Virus record (IMG/VR): IMGVR_UViG_2061766007_000582
Length of the DNA stretch: 64,000 nt
Origin: an uncultured virus (IMG/VR IMGVR_UViG_2061766007_000582)
Lineage: Duplodnaviria; Heunggongvirae; Uroviricota; Caudoviricetes
Direction: 5' to 3' (one strand)
Shown: one piece after another, positions 54,301 through 64,000 of the stretch
Layout of the letters: every line of letters starts with the position of its first letter
Numbering within the stretch: position 1 is the stretch's first letter
Notes under the pieces: generated by a model
Told to the model about the DNA's origin: nothing
What the model saw: the letters and a program-made list of their open reading frames with translations, nothing else
The model's database searches: none
Program-made: the position numbers and the translations under genes

Positions 54301-55742
54301 AGCTTCTTGATGATATTAATGACATGGCTGCTGAAATCGGTGAAGAAGCATTGGATGTTGAGGATTTGGGTCTTGACGTTGATACAAACACGGAAACACG
54401 TATTGCCAAAGCGAAGAGAACTAAAAAACGCGCTGAGGATATTCGTAAGGGTTATAATGAGTGGTTGAAGAAGGCTTTGACGGAGCGTACAGAAAAACGT
54501 GCAAAGATTCTTGAAGATATACGCAGTAAGTACCCGGAGTTCACAGAAGAAGAGGTTGCATCTGCGGCTGATGAACAAATGAAGATTTTCGATTCCACGT
54601 TTACTCAGCAAGCAGATACCGAACGTACAAAAGTTATGAACGCGGTACAGAAAGCTCAAAGTCAAGAAGAACAGGCGTTTAAGGCATCTCTTAAAGATGT
54701 ACAGACTGCTTATCAGAATAACGTTGACAGCATCTTGATGGGTGGAGATATTTCTACAGCTATCAATGATTACCGTAATGCCTACCTCGACTACGTAAGC
54801 GATGTGAAAGACCTGTTTATACGCTACGAGAAGACAGAGGGAGAAATCACAAAGGGCATGAAAGAGCTAAGTGATGATTATATCAAGGGTCTTATGAATC
54901 TTGCTGATACTTTTGAAGACACAAAGGGGTTGGAGATTGAGCTTGGTGAGGTTCGTGGTGGCATTTCCTATGATAAGGCGTTTCAGGAAAGATTTAAGCT
55001 GTACGAACAGCTTATTGCTGAATATGATAATCTTTTGAGCAGTGGTGGATTGAATGAGACAGAAGCACGTGCCATCCGAAGTGCTAAGATAAAGACACAG
55101 ATTAAGAAAGCTCAGATGGACACCGAAGACCTGAATCGAAGCATTGGTGAGCGTCTTTCTGACAGGATTGAACATATTCAGCTTATGAACGTAAGGAATC
55201 GTATCACAGATTCTCAAGCGTCTCGTAGGAAAATACGTGCATATAAGGATGCTGTCGAGCTTATAAATGGTGAACTTCGTGGTATTGAGGATAAGAATAG
55301 TGAGCATTACCTTGAGCTGTTACGCAAGCGTCGTGCGTTCCTCATTAAGATTAGCGAGGAACAGCAGAGCTTACGGAATTACACCAACACTATGCGTGAA
55401 TCGCTCCTGTCCGGTGTAAATAGCGTCATAGGAGATAATATGCAAGGAGACAGGCTTTCCAGTTACGGTCTGTATCATGCAACGAATCTACTTGCTCGTC
55501 TTGCTCCGAGTTTAAGGGGCAACCCTCGTGGTGTAAGCCTCAGTACAGTGCTTGCTAACGCCAATGCTCGTTACAGTGGCTCTACTCCTGATACTTCAAG
55601 AGCCATGAGACAGCAACAGAGGCTTTCGACAATCATGGATTCCTATATCGCATCGAAGCAGTATCAGGATGCAGGTATCGGTAAGAACGTCCAGACTATC
55701 GTAACAATCATGGGTAAACGTACACCCTTATTCTTAAATTGA
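51312..55742 (+). CDS. tape measure protein (TP901-like core)
   Basis: 1476 aa, Ala-rich helical; TVREGK...AGVSLNELGAAIA...FGNIRA. Confidence 0.92.
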   Translation: MPNILDLSARLSADVRPFVNSMASGANASHTTFQNIAQAATMYLGARGLLGTLNRANQASMEFGQSLADASAISTLSVKEIGDALMSLDNVFGRVSKASQSMYRILSSGFSQLDASQLVQFQKAVGISAKVIRADLYNTADVMTTIANAYQLNIKEIEKLQDWFYITVREGKAQGQDLARTLGLVINSASEAGVSLNELGAAIAVLSRTQSVSQSMIGLNQMLNAFIKPTLQAQAAARKWGIEISATALQEKGLTNILTELNQKVGGNVEALEKMFGNIRAGRAILSLTGKQFHNYLNVLNEYNIGSGAGMEAFEKQIDTVQNAYERLQAQHEKTMIQIGDDWSGFRKIMYRAGEALSKAFSDTSSFSRWVIYINGINLAVKNIVAVVKTLQTSVERVTHSTNQMALAFAKASVASGGLGIYSGVRPDTLALRKQVDTAIRTVTGKQSTLYATYDTIMRQANPWGFTGKSTNGINPKYNPYAFIARNTLSRENPEHVAKAGAMAAKAMGNYFIKYKPKVDPTTGQITDWYVKNAETGFIYKRTWNQLQSNMTNSILIQNEKAMQAARTKIADAIRIIGGAKGTENQILQDATDRVNAFYGSRRGYRYGTISKMTSGERLMRMKNISPLSFRGQFGIGMSNFGKGWNTFTTTLGTSMGKIFTAVATAGMAVSVGEWGYKFGKNLSEQMELSETTYFRRLGGWLANVLNGGRLQYIDSKDAERAGLEAQLHVTQGRYSQSLKRARTAGMDESKIAEYQLNFMKILSEDDNLVSATEKLLELVNNFTNQIDQLNSKVERANKFEKERQEILGSYGEKRISDVITQQQKVNIMRGVTDFGRLNKDAEAVRLARKVFDAGGNPYAMDEAIRDLRVEGYSEAFGEVEYANAAQREADFRAVYNNLLKNAVVNDIIGGNLSLSDIRNRLGQLTDEHSGALRDAPTWFKDGKLYNTGVEGSHMLGTGFLQDILALFEANPNDFEEAKKQIMNDVVRPYAANIFTELLDDINDMAAEIGEEALDVEDLGLDVDTNTETRIAKAKRTKKRAEDIRKGYNEWLKKALTERTEKRAKILEDIRSKYPEFTEEEVASAADEQMKIFDSTFTQQADTERTKVMNAVQKAQSQEEQAFKASLKDVQTAYQNNVDSILMGGDISTAINDYRNAYLDYVSDVKDLFIRYEKTEGEITKGMKELSDDYIKGLMNLADTFEDTKGLEIELGEVRGGISYDKAFQERFKLYEQLIAEYDNLLSSGGLNETEARAIRSAKIKTQIKKAQMDTEDLNRSIGERLSDRIEHIQLMNVRNRITDSQASRRKIRAYKDAVELINGELRGIEDKNSEHYLELLRKRRAFLIKISEEQQSLRNYTNTMRESLLSGVNSVIGDNMQGDRLSSYGLYHATNLLARLAPSLRGNPRGVSLSTVLANANARYSGSTPDTSRAMRQQQRLSTIMDSYIASKQYQDAGIGKNVQTIVTIMGKRTPLFLN

Positions 55743-55750
55743 GGTGGATA

Positions 55751-57832
55751 ATGGCAGATACAACATACACAACTAAGTGCTATCTAAAGGGTAGTGTTCA
55801 GACCTCGATTGACAATTCGGGGAATATTACGAAGAACTTCACTTGGATGGTGCTTAATGCAAACGAAACCAATACATTACTGGAATGGTTGGCGTTTCAG
55901 GATTACGTAGAGACTGAATGGGCAGGTAAATCCGGCGATAACTGGAAGAAACCTATTCAGCAGTCTGGAAGCAAGGAATGTACTGCTTTTGATAGTACGG
56001 ACGATAGTTTCATTGTTGCAGACCTGACCATTGAAACACCTCCGGGCAGAACGCATGTTGAGGTTACTTATACCTGCACTGGAAACCCGAATAAAATCAA
56101 GCACTTTACGGATGGCGGTCTTTCCATCAACTCTTCGGATGAGCGTACTAAATCCTTCAGTTTCAAATATGTTATTCCGGAAAAGCAGGTTACGCTTGGT
56201 GATGATACTTGGACTGCACCTGATTTGGAGACGGTCGAAACTACTATTGACGGTCTTTTCAAGATAAACGATAATGTCACTTGGGCTGATTCTGAAGGTC
56301 ATACTTACGTTGTTGATAACGTTTCTGTAAATCAAGAATCTCCAAGTGTTTACAACGTCACTGTGTCCCTTAAAGACATGGCTAAGATGCGTGTCGGTCT
56401 GATTTCCGTGAATGAAGATAGTTACGGACAGAAGACAATTTCGATTACTTGGCGGCTCTCTAAGGAAGAATATGACGAAACTGACCTGCCTAATTCCGGT
56501 GATGCTGTCGGTACTTGGGTTGGTGAGGGCTATGACGGTGTTGGTTATGACAATTACGTTGTGACTGGTGTTGAACATAGTCCTGACGGTAATCTCGGCT
56601 ACCTTGTTACAATCAATGCAAAAGACACCACCTTTACCAGACTTCATACCCAGCGTGATTACAAGTGGAACGGTACAGGTCTTGAGAAATCAGCCAATGT
56701 TGTTTATCAGCTTCATAGCAAAGAGGACGCAGAACAGTTCCTCAATAATCTTGGTCGTGAAACGCTTGATGTTGATGGTGAATCGTTTACGGTAAGAGAC
56801 GCCAATATTACCCAAAGCGGTAAAGACGATTATGAGCTGTCCCTTTCGCTTTCTGATGATTTGACACCGCTTATTGTCAACATTGGTAGCAACACCCCTG
56901 ATGATTTGGACAAGGATATTCAGGTTTCCATGACTTACGGTACTTTCAGGCTCACTTCTCATCAGTGCGGTCTGTTCCGTAGTCTGTCTAACCTTGCCTA
57001 CTATCCAATCAATAATCCGCCTAACACCAAATTCAACACACGGATTTTGGTTTCCGACCTGCAAGAAATGGACAGCAGATGGACAAACGCTATGCTGAAA
57101 AACATTATAACAAGCCCCAACCCTCGTATCGGTTTTTCTGACATTATAGCTTGTTATGACGGCAGTGACAATAAGGTGAAGAAAGAGCTGTGGAGTACAT
57201 ATCCTGTTGGTGATGTGTCTGGTGTTGGCTCTAAATTTATCAATAGTTTTAAGCTGTCGCAGTATGTTTACCCACAGCCTACATTTACTGAATCTGCATA
57301 CGGCGAGACACCAAAGTACAGCGAGTTCTTCGTTCCGTGGGTTGCTAAGAATGATTTGCTTGTTATTCCCGGTGGCAGTACGATTGAGGGTAGGATGCTT
57401 AATCTTGACCTCAGCAATTACCCGAAATATGACAACGGACTGGATAAAGCACTGCCTCAGAGGTGGTTAAACAGGAAGATACCTTACATGGATTGCACCG
57501 TTACCATGAACTATCGCGGAAACCTTCAGTCCAACATCAAAAAGAATTGGGATGATTACTTCCTGAAAGCAATCAAGCAAATCTGTAAGGAAGCCGAGCT
57601 GATTGGTAAAGATTCCAATTCCAACTTCAACAAATACTTTATGATGCCTTACGAAAAAGCCGCAAGGAATCATAGCCAATATCCACTTACCAGCTTCAAA
57701 CGCACTGGTATGTCTGTTCAGCGAATTATTGACACCAAGGGTCACGAATGGACACAAATCACAATGAACATTCAGGCTCTTTGTGGCGATTATTGGAACT
57801 ACAACTACAAAGATAAGGTTGACTTTGAATGA
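55751..57832 (+). CDS. tail tip/baseplate protein
   Basis: About 690 aa, beta-rich, immediately after TMP. Confidence 0.55.
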   Translation: MADTTYTTKCYLKGSVQTSIDNSGNITKNFTWMVLNANETNTLLEWLAFQDYVETEWAGKSGDNWKKPIQQSGSKECTAFDSTDDSFIVADLTIETPPGRTHVEVTYTCTGNPNKIKHFTDGGLSINSSDERTKSFSFKYVIPEKQVTLGDDTWTAPDLETVETTIDGLFKINDNVTWADSEGHTYVVDNVSVNQESPSVYNVTVSLKDMAKMRVGLISVNEDSYGQKTISITWRLSKEEYDETDLPNSGDAVGTWVGEGYDGVGYDNYVVTGVEHSPDGNLGYLVTINAKDTTFTRLHTQRDYKWNGTGLEKSANVVYQLHSKEDAEQFLNNLGRETLDVDGESFTVRDANITQSGKDDYELSLSLSDDLTPLIVNIGSNTPDDLDKDIQVSMTYGTFRLTSHQCGLFRSLSNLAYYPINNPPNTKFNTRILVSDLQEMDSRWTNAMLKNIITSPNPRIGFSDIIACYDGSDNKVKKELWSTYPVGDVSGVGSKFINSFKLSQYVYPQPTFTESAYGETPKYSEFFVPWVAKNDLLVIPGGSTIEGRMLNLDLSNYPKYDNGLDKALPQRWLNRKIPYMDCTVTMNYRGNLQSNIKKNWDDYFLKAIKQICKEAELIGKDSNSNFNKYFMMPYEKAARNHSQYPLTSFKRTGMSVQRIIDTKGHEWTQITMNIQALCGDYWNYNYKDKVDFE

Positions 57833-58830
57833 GCATACTTAGAGACAAGTACCAGACAGTAAGCCAGTTCTTCAAAGATGTAAAACGTGCTGTTGAGGAT
57901 GTAGCAACACGTCTTGCCAACGTTGAAGCAACAATGGATAACTTCGGGGGCGGCGGTATTCCTCAAGAAGAAGACCCACCGAACTATGAAGCAGGGGAAG
58001 GTATTGCGATTGAAGATGATGAAATCAGCCTGAATTACGATGGTCCATTTGCTGTTCACGTACATCACTATAATGAAGAAACACCTACTACAATGTACGT
58101 ACAGGCAAATTCCGGGCGTATTATGATTGACCAGACTTCGGTGTTCTCTACTGCTCCGGCTGAGGGTGTTTATACGACATTAGGTTCTGGTCAGGTCATG
58201 TGGTTAAAAGTTAACTTTGCTACAATGACAAGCATTACAACCGAATATTTGGCGGCGGCTGAGGATTTTTATACTGACACCCAGAGCGTCATTTATATTC
58301 GGCTTGCAAAAAACGTTGATGGTACGCTTCGTCAGTATCAGTTCGGTGACATAAAGTACAGACGGCAGGGTGTTTCCAAATTGTCCAACGTTGATAACAA
58401 CACTGCAAGAATCACAGGACAGGCAGGTTACATTGAGGGTACTGGTCCTCTTTCACTACAGGTTTACAGTGGCAGTACACCTACACCCCCCACACCCCCT
58501 GTTAGCAGTGGTGGGATGATGTTTCCGAATTACATGAACCTTGCTGACACTTCTCCATACGGTACTTCAATGTATGAGGGTGTTACCTATACGATGGGTA
58601 ACGCAGGTTGGATTCGTTTTACTTGCTTTGGTACAACATTGGCTGGTGCTTGTGAGTTTATACACATCGACAACAATGCAATAGGTATGTATAAGGGTGG
58701 CGGTGGTGGTTATACTACATTCCTACCTGTCCACAGTGGTGCTGTTGTTTACTATACTGGTGGTGTTCCGTGTCTTGTTAAATTTGACGGTTATGCAACA
58801 AGTGGCGGTACAACTTCCAGTACGGTGTAA
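57829..58830 (+). CDS. minor tail protein
   Basis: YEAGEGIAIEDDEIS fibre-like motif; Pro/Thr linker. Confidence 0.55.
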   Translation: MSILRDKYQTVSQFFKDVKRAVEDVATRLANVEATMDNFGGGGIPQEEDPPNYEAGEGIAIEDDEISLNYDGPFAVHVHHYNEETPTTMYVQANSGRIMIDQTSVFSTAPAEGVYTTLGSGQVMWLKVNFATMTSITTEYLAAAEDFYTDTQSVIYIRLAKNVDGTLRQYQFGDIKYRRQGVSKLSNVDNNTARITGQAGYIEGTGPLSLQVYSGSTPTPPTPPVSSGGMMFPNYMNLADTSPYGTSMYEGVTYTMGNAGWIRFTCFGTTLAGACEFIHIDNNAIGMYKGGGGGYTTFLPVHSGAVVYYTGGVPCLVKFDGYATSGGTTSSTV

Positions 58831-58918
58831 ATTTCCTGAAATAAACTATAATTATGTTGCAGATACATTTGACTTTTAAGTTTTCCAAAGTATATTTAGA
58901 TACCAACAGGAGGACGAA

Positions 58919-59872
58919 ATGCAGAAAACATTAGTCAACATTGATATAAACACACGAAGTCAGATTACACAGACAGGGCAGTTTGTGAATCGACAGGCTG
59001 ATTACGTGCGTATTGAACGTGCATCTTGGTCTGTCCTGTGCTTTCAGTTCTATGACAGGCAGATAACGGACGAGGGTGGTGTTGTTCTTACTCCGTACCC
59101 CATCACCAATCTTTCGTTGGAGCTTCTGGTTGATAATGACTTTACAACCGAAACGCCAGTGATGATTAAATCTGTTGCTTCGGCTACCGTATTCGNNNNN
59201 NNNNNNNNNNNNNNNNNNNNNNNNATTGCCGGAGACTGGATTGACGGCGGTAATGCAGACCCCCTTCTTGGTCAGGTTTCCATTCGTATTTATTCCGGCA
59301 CTGAACGTCTTGAACAGGAATTTCAGCCATCTGGAAGAACACCGCCATCTGAACTGAAAAGCTGTTACCTCAGTCTGCGTCAGAAAGACCTTGAGGTTGC
59401 AACAACTACACCTCTTGTATGGATTCCTGTTATTCCGTATAACACCATTCTTGAGGAAATGCCCACTGAATATGTGATACCGCCTACTGAGGTTCTTTCA
59501 CAGGCACTCGCGGCTTACTTTACTCAGCCATTCACACTCAGCTACGCACAAACGGCTGATGCGACAAATTGGCACAGTACACCACAACCTGACGATAACT
59601 TCATGGTTTTCAATCTCGGTCAGGTTGGTGCGATTCCTTCTGCACATTCGGGTCCTCTTCCAATTCCGAAACGCAGTATTATCCGTTACAGTGTAGATGA
59701 TGACCCACAGAGTATGGACGATGTTCTTGAGGAACCAAACGCCAATACTTACTTTGTGGCAATCATCAGCACAATAAAGGATGAAGCGGACATCGAACTC
59801 AGTGATTTTCAAAACAAGTGGTATCAGGCAAGAGCTTATGCAACTGAACCTATTTGGCAAACTGGAAACTGA
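58919..59872 (+). CDS. baseplate/fibre-attachment-like structural protein
   Basis: 317 aa with own promoter, upstream of the fibre gene. Confidence 0.5.
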   Translation: MQKTLVNIDINTRSQITQTGQFVNRQADYVRIERASWSVLCFQFYDRQITDEGGVVLTPYPITNLSLELLVDNDFTTETPVMIKSVASATVFXXXXXXXXXXIAGDWIDGGNADPLLGQVSIRIYSGTERLEQEFQPSGRTPPSELKSCYLSLRQKDLEVATTTPLVWIPVIPYNTILEEMPTEYVIPPTEVLSQALAAYFTQPFTLSYAQTADATNWHSTPQPDDNFMVFNLGQVGAIPSAHSGPLPIPKRSIIRYSVDDDPQSMDDVLEEPNANTYFVAIISTIKDEADIELSDFQNKWYQARAYATEPIWQTGN

Positions 59873-59902
59873 TAACATATATTAAAATAAGGAGCTTTTA
59901 TT

Positions 59903-62900
59903 ATGGCTACTGGTTCCCCTGTTTCTTTCTGGTACGGTACTCGCGCACAGTTTGACAGTATCGCTACCAAACTCGACACAACACTCTATTTCATTACGGA
60001 CGAACAGGCTCTTTACAAGGGTTCTATCAAGTTCTCCGGCTCTGGTGTTGATACCCTGCTTTCCGTTGGTACTTCTGCTCCGGCATCCAATCAGCCGTAT
60101 GATAAGTATTTCAACACAAGCACTGGTCTCATTTACGTTCTGAGTGCTACTGGTTCTACTATTTCCAGTTACACCCCTGCAAATGGCGCACTGTATTACA
60201 ACGCCGATTCCCAGAGATTCATTACCCTTACTTACGACGGTTCTGCTTGGTCTGAAAACGACCTGTATGACGCAGGCATCAGTGTTGAGGACGGCACTGG
60301 TCTGTATCTGTCCGGCACTACTGTTGGCGGTCTTGATGCTACAACTTCCTCCAAGGGCGTTGTTCAGATTGGTTCAAACATCACCGTTTCCAATGGTCTG
60401 ATTTCTGTTCCTATTGCCACCAATGCTGTTTTCGGCGTGGTCAAGACAGGAGACAACATCACAAATACCAATGGCGTTCTCTCTATTGCCAAAGCTACTG
60501 CATCTTCTCTTGGTGTTGTGAAGACTGGTACTCTTAGCGACACTGCGATTGGTATTGATGCAACAGCCAAGATTAGCGTTGCTGTCGCCAGTGCCTCTCA
60601 ACGTGGTGCTGTCAAAATCGGCACTAACATCAATGTTGATGCAAACGGTGTTATCAGTGTCCCTATCGCAAGCAGTGGCACTATGGGTGTTGTCTCTGCT
60701 GGCGAAAACGTGAATAACCTCAATGGTATTCTTTCCGTCAGTAACGCAAGCACTACTTCTAAAGGCGTCATTAAGATTGCCTCTCCGTTCAGTTGCGATT
60801 CCAGCGGTATTCTTGACATTGGTTACGCCTCCACATCCACAAAGGGTGTTATTAAAGTTGCCGCCCCATTCTCTGTTACTAACGGTGTTCTTGATATTGG
60901 TTACGCCTCCAATTCCGCTAAGGGTGTTGTCAAGATTGCCCTGCCTTTCAGTGTTTCGGATGGTGTTCTTGGTATTGCCAGTGCCACAGCATCCGCTAAA
61001 GGTGTTGTTCAGGTCGGTACAAACATTGACGTGAACTCCGGTGTTATTTCCGTCAAGACAGCTTCTACATCTGATAAGGGTGTTGTTCAGCTTCTCAATA
61101 ACCCTGCCAGTCTATCTTCTGAAACAACTGCTATCACCCCACATGCGGTAAGTCTTATTACAGAAGACCTCAATGCTTCTATCAACACCAAGCAGAATAC
61201 CCTCACACCCGGCTTCGACATTACACTTACCTCTGGTTCTACAATAAGTGTTCCTCGGTATCGTGATGTTGTGAACGTGACTGGTTCTTCCGTTACACTT
61301 CAGGCTGGTTACGCTTACAATATTCAGGCTACTACTGGCGCGAAGAAGCTGTTTACCGAGACCATTCCTTCCGGTCAGTTCGGTATGGAAGGTCACGCTG
61401 AAATCTACGTGACTGACACTGGTTACATTCAGACAGACACCAATGTTGTCCTTGTTGACGCTCTTGAACCGAACTCTGTAAATAACTGCACAATCCGCTT
61501 CCATAATGGTCTGTGCCTTATCAGCATTGAAGACCACGTTGCAGGTTACGTTGTTCGCACTGCCACAGGTACAGCTAACGGCTCCATTTACTATGGTATG
61601 ACCACTGACGCCAAAGAATATATCTCCGTTGATGCTTCTCTGAACGGACACCTGCTTGAAACGGATGAAGCTGTTATCACCATCAATAAGATGTTTGTTG
61701 GTAACGGTCAGGATGTTACTATCGTTGAAGGAGATATGACAGTCAATGCCGCCTTCTCGATGGTTGAATGCACTGTAAAGCCAATGAATATCTCCGGCAC
61801 TGGTTCGCTTGCTCTTGCCAACGCCGTTCTTGATTTCACTGATGCTACAAGTGCTGAACCTATCGGACTTACGGATGGTGTTAAGGTTGGTGCTAACGTT
61901 ACGATTATTGACGGTGAAGGTGCTGAAAAACATCTTGACCCACGCACATACGGCACAATCAAGAAAGACGGTACTACTGAAGCCGCCAATTATGTTTACG
62001 GTTATGCTCAGGGTCTTACTCAGGCTACCGCGAACTATGTTCCGATTGTGCTTTCCAATAACGTTATCAGCAAGGTTGATGCGCTTGACGCCTCCAAGAT
62101 GGCTTGCCATGAGCGTCGTGTTTGCGTTATGGACAATCTTTCTACTCGCCATATCAACTATTACCTGAATCCTGAGAACCTGAACAAGAAACTTGACGGC
62201 GGTGATGCTGTTCTTGACGGTACTGACGGTGATGTTATGACGGAGTTCATGCCCAGCTACTTCCTGAGCATCCAGCTTACTCCTCAGAACGATACTACAC
62301 CGCGTAACTGCATCCTCATGTCTCGTTATCCTTTCACATTCACTGACAGCAATAACGTTGAACATGTTGCGGTTATTCATGATTCGTTCAAGATTTCCCC
62401 GGATGGTGCTACTGTTCGTCCTCAGTACATGGGTTACTATCAGGCTTCCACCATCACTGACAATGGAACAAAGAAGCTCCGTTCTATCAGCTCCAAGAGT
62501 ACAGCCTACATTTATCCTACCGTCAGCCTTAAACTCGGTCCTGTCGGTAATGACGCTGATACTGTTGACAGTTTCCTGAATCGTGCTATTGCCAATGGTG
62601 GTTCTGTCTGTAACGAACTGCATTACGAGTGGCTTTTCCATCTGTTTGTCTGCCAGAAGCTCACTGTTCATACACAGGACACCACTAAGGGTTCTCTCGG
62701 TTTCGGCTGGGCAAGCACTACATCTTGGGGTAGTTTCTATCCTCGTGCTTGCGGTTACACCAATGAGACGGAAAACTTCTACGGCGGTTCCACTTANNNN
62801 NNNNNNNNNNNNNNNNNNNNNNNNNNNNNNNNNNNNNNNNNNNNNNNNNNNNNNNNNNNNNNNNNNNNNNNNNNNNNNNNNNNNNNNNNNNNNNNNNNNN

Positions 62901-63700
62901 NNNNNNNNNNNNNNNNNNNNNNNNNNNNNNNNNNNNNNNNNNNNNNNNNNNNNNNNNNNNNNNNNNNNNNNNNNNNNNNNNNNNNNNNNNNNNNNNNNNN
63001 NNNNNNNNNNNNNNNNNNNNNNNNNNNNNNNNNNNNNNNNNNNNNNNNNNNNNNNNNNNNNNNNNNNNNNNNNNNNNNNNNNNNNNNNNNNNNNNNNNNN
63101 NNNNNNNNNNNNNNNNNNNNNNNNNNNGAATTGGGCTTATGTTTACACCAAAGCCTCTGACGGTATGCCAACCACTTCTACCAAGCTCTACACTGATGCG
63201 GCTTGCGAGACTGAATCTACACTGACAATTTCCAGNNNNNNNNNNNNNNNNNNNNNNNNNNNNNNNNNNNNNNNNNNNNCCGTGGGGTAGCATTTGGCAG
63301 AACCTCGCTGGTCTTCTCCCGATTTGCACTGGTGACAACATCGGTTACTTCCGTACAACAAGTACGAACCGCTACAAAGAGCTTCTCAAGGTTCCCATTA
63401 GTGAGGCTGGTACTTCTCGTGCCGCTTCCGAAGGTAATGCCGCTATTGATTGGGTTAGCTTCGCATGGCCCGCAACCTCAAACTGGGTCACTACATGGAA
63501 CATGGAGACCTTCTTGCCGACCAGTACAGGTACAAATGTGATGCAGGATTATTTCTATAATTCTACAACTGCAAGTCCTCGCGCTGGCCTCCGTGGTGGT
63601 NNNNNNNNNNNNNNNNNNNNNNNNNNNNNNNNNNNNNNNNNNNNNNNNNNNNNNNNNNNNNNNNNNNNNNNNNNNNNNNNNNNNNNNNNNNNNNNNNNNN
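59903..63700 (+). CDS. long tail fibre / receptor-binding protein with C-terminal CLec-type DGR target domain (frame broken by N gaps; stop hidden in gap 63601-63700)
   Basis: Ten A(S/T)xxxxG(V/A)(V/I)-type fibre repeats; LDGTDGDVM; after the gaps PWGSIWQ...DYFY...PRAGLRGG. Confidence 0.85.
63575..63700 (+). repeat. DGR variable repeat (VR); mostly masked by Ns
   Basis: GTCCTCGCGCTGGCCTCCGTGGTGGT matches the TR except at two TR adenines. Confidence 0.8.
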
Positions 63701-63876
63701 AACGAGAAAGAGATAGGGTGCGATGAACGAACGGACGAGAACGAGGACGTGGGGCGGTAAGTGGCAGGGAGGCTTTATGCCGACCGTAACGATAGCCCCT
63801 ATCCTCGCTCGTCTAATTCTGAAAATATTTAATCTTAGTATAAAATGTACTAAGGTGGGGTATATTGTGGACGGCT

Positions 63877-63998
63877 ATCCTCGCGCTGGCATCCGTGGTG
63901 GTAACGCGAACAACAACTCCAACGATGGTTTGGGTTACGTCAACGTGAACAACGCTGTCGGCAATGCTAACGATAACATTGGGGCGCGGCTCTCTGCA
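63877..63998 (+). mobile_element. DGR template repeat (TR)
   Basis: Reads YPRAGIRGGNANNNSNDGLGYVNVNNAVGNANDNIGARLSA: ten AAC codons, no third-position A before the final codon, non-coding context. Confidence 0.9.
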
Positions 63999-64000
63999 TT

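Noticed and set aside
43992..62671. Long antisense ORFs (e.g. 46031-47263, 61112-62671, 43992-44855)
   Set aside because: They are shadows of codon-biased structural genes on the plus strand and carry no recognisable motifs.
1..64000. Stop-codon reassignment
   Set aside because: Long genes read through in the standard code and end in TAA, TGA or TAG. The frame breaks coincide with N gaps or the known chaperone frameshift, and no suppressor tRNA was found.

Overview
The window is about 64 kb of a large tailed dsDNA phage genome with siphovirus-type tail genes. It looks like a metagenomic scaffold: it has many N gaps and at least two misplaced strain-variant fragments. The left arm (1-41.7 kb, mostly minus strand) holds a full replication module: ATP-dependent ligase, clamp loader, a split family A polymerase whose N-terminal half is UDG-like plus 3'-5' exonuclease, sliding clamp, DnaB, DnaC-like loader, primase and SNF2 helicase. 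It also holds a Dam-like methyltransferase, five tRNAs, four glycosyltransferases (one a TibC/Aah-type protein O-heptosyltransferase), a GATase/amidoligase/GGCT cluster and many small early genes. At 36.6-42 kb there is a repeat-rich control region with a small PolA-superfamily (TV-Pol-like) polymerase gene. The right arm (42-64 kb, plus strand) runs terminase, portal, scaffold, capsid, neck, tail tube, frameshifted chaperone, tape measure and baseplate, ending in a long tail fibre. The fibre C-terminus is the variable repeat of a diversity-generating retroelement whose AAC-rich template repeat lies at the window end; the RT gene is not in the window. Protein calls come from motif recognition by eye and no database searches were run.
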